A stretch of 64,000 nt of DNA, from the NCBI GenBank assembly GCA_900315575.1, contig OMZR01000001.1, forward strand, positions 16,071-80,070. The letters are read 5' to 3'. This stretch comes from an uncultured Veillonellaceae bacterium. Its GTDB lineage: Bacteria > Bacillota > Negativicutes > Selenomonadales > Selenomonadaceae. Numbering within the stretch: position 1 is the stretch's first letter; the number at the start of each line of letters is the position of its first letter. The notes below the pieces were generated by a model, which was given only the letters and a program-made list of their open reading frames with translations, did no database searches and was not told the origin of the DNA. Positions 59,955 through 64,000 of the stretch are shown here, piece after piece. The position numbers were made by a program, and so were the translations under genes.

Positions 59955-61076
59955 ATGAAGAAAGGATTCGGAAGAAGTTTGGTTGCAGCGTTCGCGCTGC
60001 TGCTGGCCGCGCATACGGGCTTTGCGCAGGCCGTTGTCGTGGATGGCACCGGCAGCGATCGCCAGAGCGCGATCAAGGACGCTTCGCGCAATGCGGTCGA
60101 GCAGGTCGTCGGCGCGCTTGTCGATTCGAAGACGCTCGTGGAGAATGCGCAGGTGCAGCTCGACGAGATTTACACGAAGTCACAGGGCTTCGTGAAAGAT
60201 GTACAGGTTCTCAGCGAGACGAGCCAGGGCGGGCTCGTGCAGGTGCACGCCCGGATCGATGTGGATACGAGCCCGAATGCCGGCCTCATGAGCAATCTGC
60301 AGATGATCATGGCGCTGAATGATCCGCGCATTGCGGTCGTCATCCTCGACATGAACCGCAATGGCGCGATCGAAGGGCACAATTTCACGGCGGAGTCGGC
60401 GCTCGGCGACAAGCTCCTGAGCCTCGGCTTCCATCATGTCGTCGATCCGCAGGTCGTGGCGAGCCGCAGCGACGCACAGCTGCTCGCGAACATTTATAAC
60501 GGCAGCACGCAGCCGTCGGCCATCGGCAGCAGCCTGGGCGCGGACTACCTCGTCGTCGGCCGCGTGCAGAAGAATGCGCAGACGATCCAGCTGCCGGATG
60601 GCCATGGCGGCTACGAGTCGACGCTGCTGCATTCGGCGAATGCCATCCTTTCGGTGAAAGTCATCCGCTTTGATACGGGCGACATCGTCGGCACGTTCCA
60701 GACTTCAGCGAAGGGTGTCGAGAACAGCGACGATATGGCAGAGCAGAAAGCCGCAGAGACGGCGGCGGCGCAGGCGGCGACGAAACTGGAGGAAAAGTTC
60801 CGTCATTTCAGCAGCGAGGCGACGGGGAACTCGGTCGAGCTCGATGTCTTCACGAGTGACGCGGCAGCCGTGCAGCAGCTCGTGACGGACCTGCGCGGCA
60901 TTTCGTCCGTGCGCAATGTCTATCTGCGCGAGCAGGGCAGCGGCAAGGCAGTCCTTTCCGTCGAGACGAGCGAAAGCCCGTCCGGCCTCATCGCGCGCCT
61001 GCAGAATCAGACGAAGCTCGGCCTGTTCGTTGCGGGCATGACAGGCACGACGGCGAAGATTTCGGTTTCGCGCTGA
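59955..61076 (+). CDS. secreted three-module protein, FlgT-like architecture (373 aa)
   Basis: Signal MKKGFGRSLVAAFALLLAAHTGFAQA. N-module GTGSDRQSAIKDASRNAVEQVVGALVDSKTLVENAQVQ..GFVKDVQVLSETSQGGLVQVHARIDVD. Middle PRIAVVILDMN..LGDKLLSLGFHHVV..LGADYLVVGRV..ANAILSVKVIRFDTGDIVG. C-module VELDVF..VQQLVTDLRGISSVRNVYL. Confidence 0.6.
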   Translation: MKKGFGRSLVAAFALLLAAHTGFAQAVVVDGTGSDRQSAIKDASRNAVEQVVGALVDSKTLVENAQVQLDEIYTKSQGFVKDVQVLSETSQGGLVQVHARIDVDTSPNAGLMSNLQMIMALNDPRIAVVILDMNRNGAIEGHNFTAESALGDKLLSLGFHHVVDPQVVASRSDAQLLANIYNGSTQPSAIGSSLGADYLVVGRVQKNAQTIQLPDGHGGYESTLLHSANAILSVKVIRFDTGDIVGTFQTSAKGVENSDDMAEQKAAETAAAQAATKLEEKFRHFSSEATGNSVELDVFTSDAAAVQQLVTDLRGISSVRNVYLREQGSGKAVLSVETSESPSGLIARLQNQTKLGLFVAGMTGTTAKISVSR

Positions 61077-61124
61077 TCTGCGGGACCCTTTGGAAAATCC
61101 AGCAGGGAAAGGAATCCTGAAACC

Positions 61125-61964
61125 ATGAAGGAAAAACAGATGTTTTGCGGATGGTGGCTGCTCCTCGGTCTGCTCGCAGCTGTGCTCGTGCTGCCAGCGC
61201 GAGGGGCGGAGGCGGCCGGCCTCTTCCAGAAAGCGGCGGGCAGCACGCTCATCTATCTCGGCGAAGTGCAGAGTTATGGTGATGCGGAGCTCAAGGATGT
61301 CTATTTCAACACGTTTGCCGACAAGCTCGCGGCCGCACTCCAGGCGCAGGGACTCGGCTACCAGGGCAATGCCGACCTCACGAACGAGGGCGGACGCCAT
61401 GCGGCGACCGGCGCGGATGGCGAAGCGGCCGACCTCTCGGAGATCCACATGGACGCCATCGTGCACGGCCATCAGTATGACCGGGGCAATACGGCTGCAA
61501 AGCTCGCGCATTATGCTGACGCCGTCATGGGGCGCGGCTATTTTCATGATGAGGAGCGTCTGAAAGCCTGGCGTTCGCAGCCGGATCTGACGTATCCGCT
61601 CGGCCCGGACAAGCAGCGCCTCGCGAAAGCCATCGCAGAGCGCCATGGCGCGAAATACCTGCTCTTCGTCAACATCAAGGATGTCGACGTGCGGCTGAAG
61701 CACGGTATCTTTGCGACGCATACGGAGCGCGAGACGAAGGGCAAGAAGATGACGTCGTCCCTCGATTACTATCTCGTGAATGCCGAGACGGGCCGCGTCT
61801 ATGAGCACCATTTCGAAGACAAGAAGACGGCACAGATGGTGAATTTCGGCCTCGGCCAGACCGGCAAGGGCATGGCCGTCGACACGCTGCTCGGCGAAGT
61901 GCTCGAGGCGCAGGCCAATGCGCTCGCAAAAGACCTTGCAAAGCACATCCCATCCGCGAAATAA
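61125..61964 (+). CDS. secreted protein with CsgG/LpoB-like sequence pattern
   Basis: Signal ..WWLLLGLLAAVLVLPARGAEA. TLIYLGEVQSYG..FADKLAAALQAQGLGY..HGAKYLLFVNIKDVDV..MTSSLDYYLVNAETGRVYE. Confidence 0.5.
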   Translation: MKEKQMFCGWWLLLGLLAAVLVLPARGAEAAGLFQKAAGSTLIYLGEVQSYGDAELKDVYFNTFADKLAAALQAQGLGYQGNADLTNEGGRHAATGADGEAADLSEIHMDAIVHGHQYDRGNTAAKLAHYADAVMGRGYFHDEERLKAWRSQPDLTYPLGPDKQRLAKAIAERHGAKYLLFVNIKDVDVRLKHGIFATHTERETKGKKMTSSLDYYLVNAETGRVYEHHFEDKKTAQMVNFGLGQTGKGMAVDTLLGEVLEAQANALAKDLAKHIPSAK

Positions 61965-62009
61965 CGAGAGTCCGGGGAAGGGATTCAAAGGAAAGGATAT
62001 GGAAGTTTG

Positions 62010-63314
62010 ATGAAACAGCAGATACCTCATGTTTGCCGTGGCATCGCGCTGGGCGCGGCACTCGCGTTTGGCACGATGGCGGCCGCGCCGCTCGCGGCGC
62101 TTGCCCATGGCAACATCTGGATGGATGAGAACGTGCCCGAGAATGAGCGGATGACGAAGTACAAGGACATCGTCGTGTTCCCGATTCATGACCAGACATC
62201 GGCTGACGGGCGCCCCGACCAGTACCAGGCGTGGAACCAGGAGTTCGCGAAGCGCATCAACAAGCGCATCAAGAGGACGAATTTTCATTGGTTCGAGGAT
62301 CCAAGCGATGCCAAGGCGGCGGACAAGAAGAAAGAGAAGCTCATGATCACGCGCGAGAATTCGTCGTACAAGGATCTTTTGCAGCATTTTCCGAGCGAGG
62401 AAGCGCGCGGCAAGGCCGTCTATGACAAGACGGGCGCAGAGGGCTATCTCCTGCCGCACCTGCGCTATTACAACGAGCGCGTCGATGTCTCGCCTGCGAC
62501 GTGGACGAATGTCAAGATGGAGAGCTACTACGACGTCGAGAATGGCCCGAATGGCGACCAGAACAAGCTCGGCTACCAGAGCTGGTACGCTTCGCACTTG
62601 ATTCCAGAGCATCGGCGCACGCTCGAGATGGTGGATTTCGATTTCGTCCTTTATGATGCCTACACGCAGAAAAAGGCCATGACGCTCATCGACTATTATC
62701 GCTGTTACGATGTCGACAAGACGCATGCGTTCGAGCAGATCGCAAAGAATTTTACGGGCGACTGGAACCGCCTGAAGGACGATCATGAAAACGATGTCCC
62801 TGCCGGGGCGCCGACGCTCGGTTTCCGCAGCCTCGACCTGCCGTGGAATGCCGCGCAGGATGAGTTCGCCATCAAGACGATCTATTATGCGTACAAGGAT
62901 GAGGCCGGCGACACGCTGAAGGGCGTGAAAGTCGACTATCAGCCCAATGGCGGCCGCTACTACGTGACGGGCGCGATCAAAAGCTATGACCGCGGTGAAC
63001 GCTGGACGCCGCCTTCGGCCTCGACGTATACGAGCCTTGACCGGACGGAAGAATTCACATGGTACGACCGGAATGGCAACGCACATAAGGGCAAACGCAA
63101 ATACTATAAGACGAACATCAATGACAACTTTGGCTACAATAGCTTCTACTATGGCGCGACGGCCGATCTGAGTCTCGTCGACAGCCGCACGGGCGAGACG
63201 GTGCTCCATCGCATTCTCTCGGCCGAGGATCCCGACCGCTATGCCAATGCCCTGCGCCAGATCTTTGGCGACTTCTATCGCGAGGTCGACAAGACCATCG
63301 GCGTGAAAGCCTGA
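62010..63314 (+). CDS. secreted protein, unknown family (Trp/Tyr-rich)
   Basis: Signal MKQQIPHVCRGIALGAALAFGTMAAAPLAALAHG. YKDIVVFPIHDQT..GAEGYLLPHLRYYNE..LEMVDFDFVLYDAYTQKKAM. Confidence 0.55.
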   Translation: MKQQIPHVCRGIALGAALAFGTMAAAPLAALAHGNIWMDENVPENERMTKYKDIVVFPIHDQTSADGRPDQYQAWNQEFAKRINKRIKRTNFHWFEDPSDAKAADKKKEKLMITRENSSYKDLLQHFPSEEARGKAVYDKTGAEGYLLPHLRYYNERVDVSPATWTNVKMESYYDVENGPNGDQNKLGYQSWYASHLIPEHRRTLEMVDFDFVLYDAYTQKKAMTLIDYYRCYDVDKTHAFEQIAKNFTGDWNRLKDDHENDVPAGAPTLGFRSLDLPWNAAQDEFAIKTIYYAYKDEAGDTLKGVKVDYQPNGGRYYVTGAIKSYDRGERWTPPSASTYTSLDRTEEFTWYDRNGNAHKGKRKYYKTNINDNFGYNSFYYGATADLSLVDSRTGETVLHRILSAEDPDRYANALRQIFGDFYREVDKTIGVKA

Positions 63315-63354
63315 TATACGGACGAGAATGAAAGGAAAAAAGGAGGGAATCGCG

Positions 63355-63984
63355 ATGAAGAGGAGCAGCTTCGCCATCCTGCGGGCCGCTGCCATGCTGC
63401 TCGCGCTCCTGCTGCTGCCGCTCCCCGTTTCGGCGGCTGGCACGCCGCGCCTCATGGTGGCCGGCTTCTCGAGCCGTGTGGAAAAGACGGACATCACGAT
63501 GAACGATATTGATGTGCCCATCGCGCAGATCCTCGGAGGCGCGCGTGACGTGTTCAAGACGGAGCTCGCGGGGAGCCCCGCGTACACGCTCGTCGATTTC
63601 GACGGCGAAGTCACGCGCATGCGCCTCGATGAGGCTGCCGTCCTGCAGAGCCTCGGTGCAGGCACCGTCACGCCAGAGCTCGCCGCCTCAGCGGACTACA
63701 TCGTCTATGGCTATCTCGCGACGCTCAGCAATGTGAAAGCGCAGAGCGGCGCTCTCGTCTTTTCCGGAAAAGACCGGACGGTCTATGCCGAGCTGAGCCT
63801 GCGCGTCATTGATGCGCACACGGGCACGGTCGTCTTCGTCACGAAAGCCGACTCGCGCCGCAAGTCCGAACTCAAGTACCATGCCATCGTAGAGCGCGAC
63901 GACCTCGGCGTCGAGGATGCCGTCCGTCAGGCGGTCGAAGACGCTGCCGTCAACCTCGCGGCCAATGTCCGGGCGGCCATTTGA
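63355..63984 (+). CDS. CsgG/LpoB-fold-like secreted protein
   Basis: Signal MKRSSFAILRAAAMLLALLLLPLPVSAAG. PRLMVAGFSSRV...VFKTELAGSPAYTLVDFDGEVTRMRLDEAAVLQSLG...ASADYIVYGYLATL...VYAELSLRVIDAHTGTVVFV follows the CsgG-family consensus layout. RBS AAGGAGGGA upstream of the ATG at 63355. Confidence 0.6.
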   Translation: MKRSSFAILRAAAMLLALLLLPLPVSAAGTPRLMVAGFSSRVEKTDITMNDIDVPIAQILGGARDVFKTELAGSPAYTLVDFDGEVTRMRLDEAAVLQSLGAGTVTPELAASADYIVYGYLATLSNVKAQSGALVFSGKDRTVYAELSLRVIDAHTGTVVFVTKADSRRKSELKYHAIVERDDLGVEDAVRQAVEDAAVNLAANVRAAI

Positions 63985-64000
63985 ACGCGCAAAAGAATGC

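Noticed and set aside
60705-63671. 988-aa minus-strand ORF, the longest in the right part of the window
   Set aside because: It is antisense to four well-supported plus-strand genes that have RBSs and signal peptides. Its translation is an Arg/Ala/Leu/His-rich low-complexity string with no recognisable motif. This is typical of spurious open frames opposite high-GC genes.

Overview
High-GC chromosomal segment (GC judged by eye, not computed). It most likely comes from a diderm Firmicute of the Negativicutes, Selenomonas-like. The basis is an SLH-domain outer-membrane porin-type protein together with Firmicute-style promoters and ribosome-binding sites. I support about 55 protein genes and two tandem tRNA-Glu(CUC) genes. 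Most are housekeeping or transport genes: a MATE pump, an MTAP-family phosphorylase, ApbE, YitT, metY, an MCP, peptidoglycan hydrolases, yhdT-panF, a TetR regulator, a Na:alanine symporter, mtnN, larE, xpaC/telA, an Fe-ADH, TauE, gltX, panCD and metNIQ. Four things stand out. (1) At the right end (53.6-64 kb) there is a ten-gene operon in which every product is secreted. The products are built from repeated LPP20/FlgT-N-like and CsgG/LpoB-like modules and include two FlgT-sized three-module proteins. No ATPase or polytopic membrane partner is visible. I consider this the best candidate for an undescribed periplasm/outer-membrane assembly, and it probably continues past the window edge. (2) An AT-richer island (about 8.1-13.9 kb) carries a fused nuclease-methylase-specificity (type IIB/IIG-like) restriction enzyme. 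Its second target-recognition domain is cut off by a G8 tract. A second G8 tract splits a methyltransferase in a polysaccharide locus. Both are restored by losing one G, so they are either phase-variable switches or homopolymer assembly errors. (3) Two abundant families of structured intergenic repeats occur, here called family A and family B. Both show compensatory stem changes and stable tetraloops. They form tandem arrays and TIR-bounded composite elements, carry a nested MITE, and in several places have become part of coding sequence; one array is about 110 codons in-frame inside a MutS-related gene. (4) There are several smaller regulatory and architectural oddities. All family names come from motif recognition by eye. 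No HMM or BLAST search was run.
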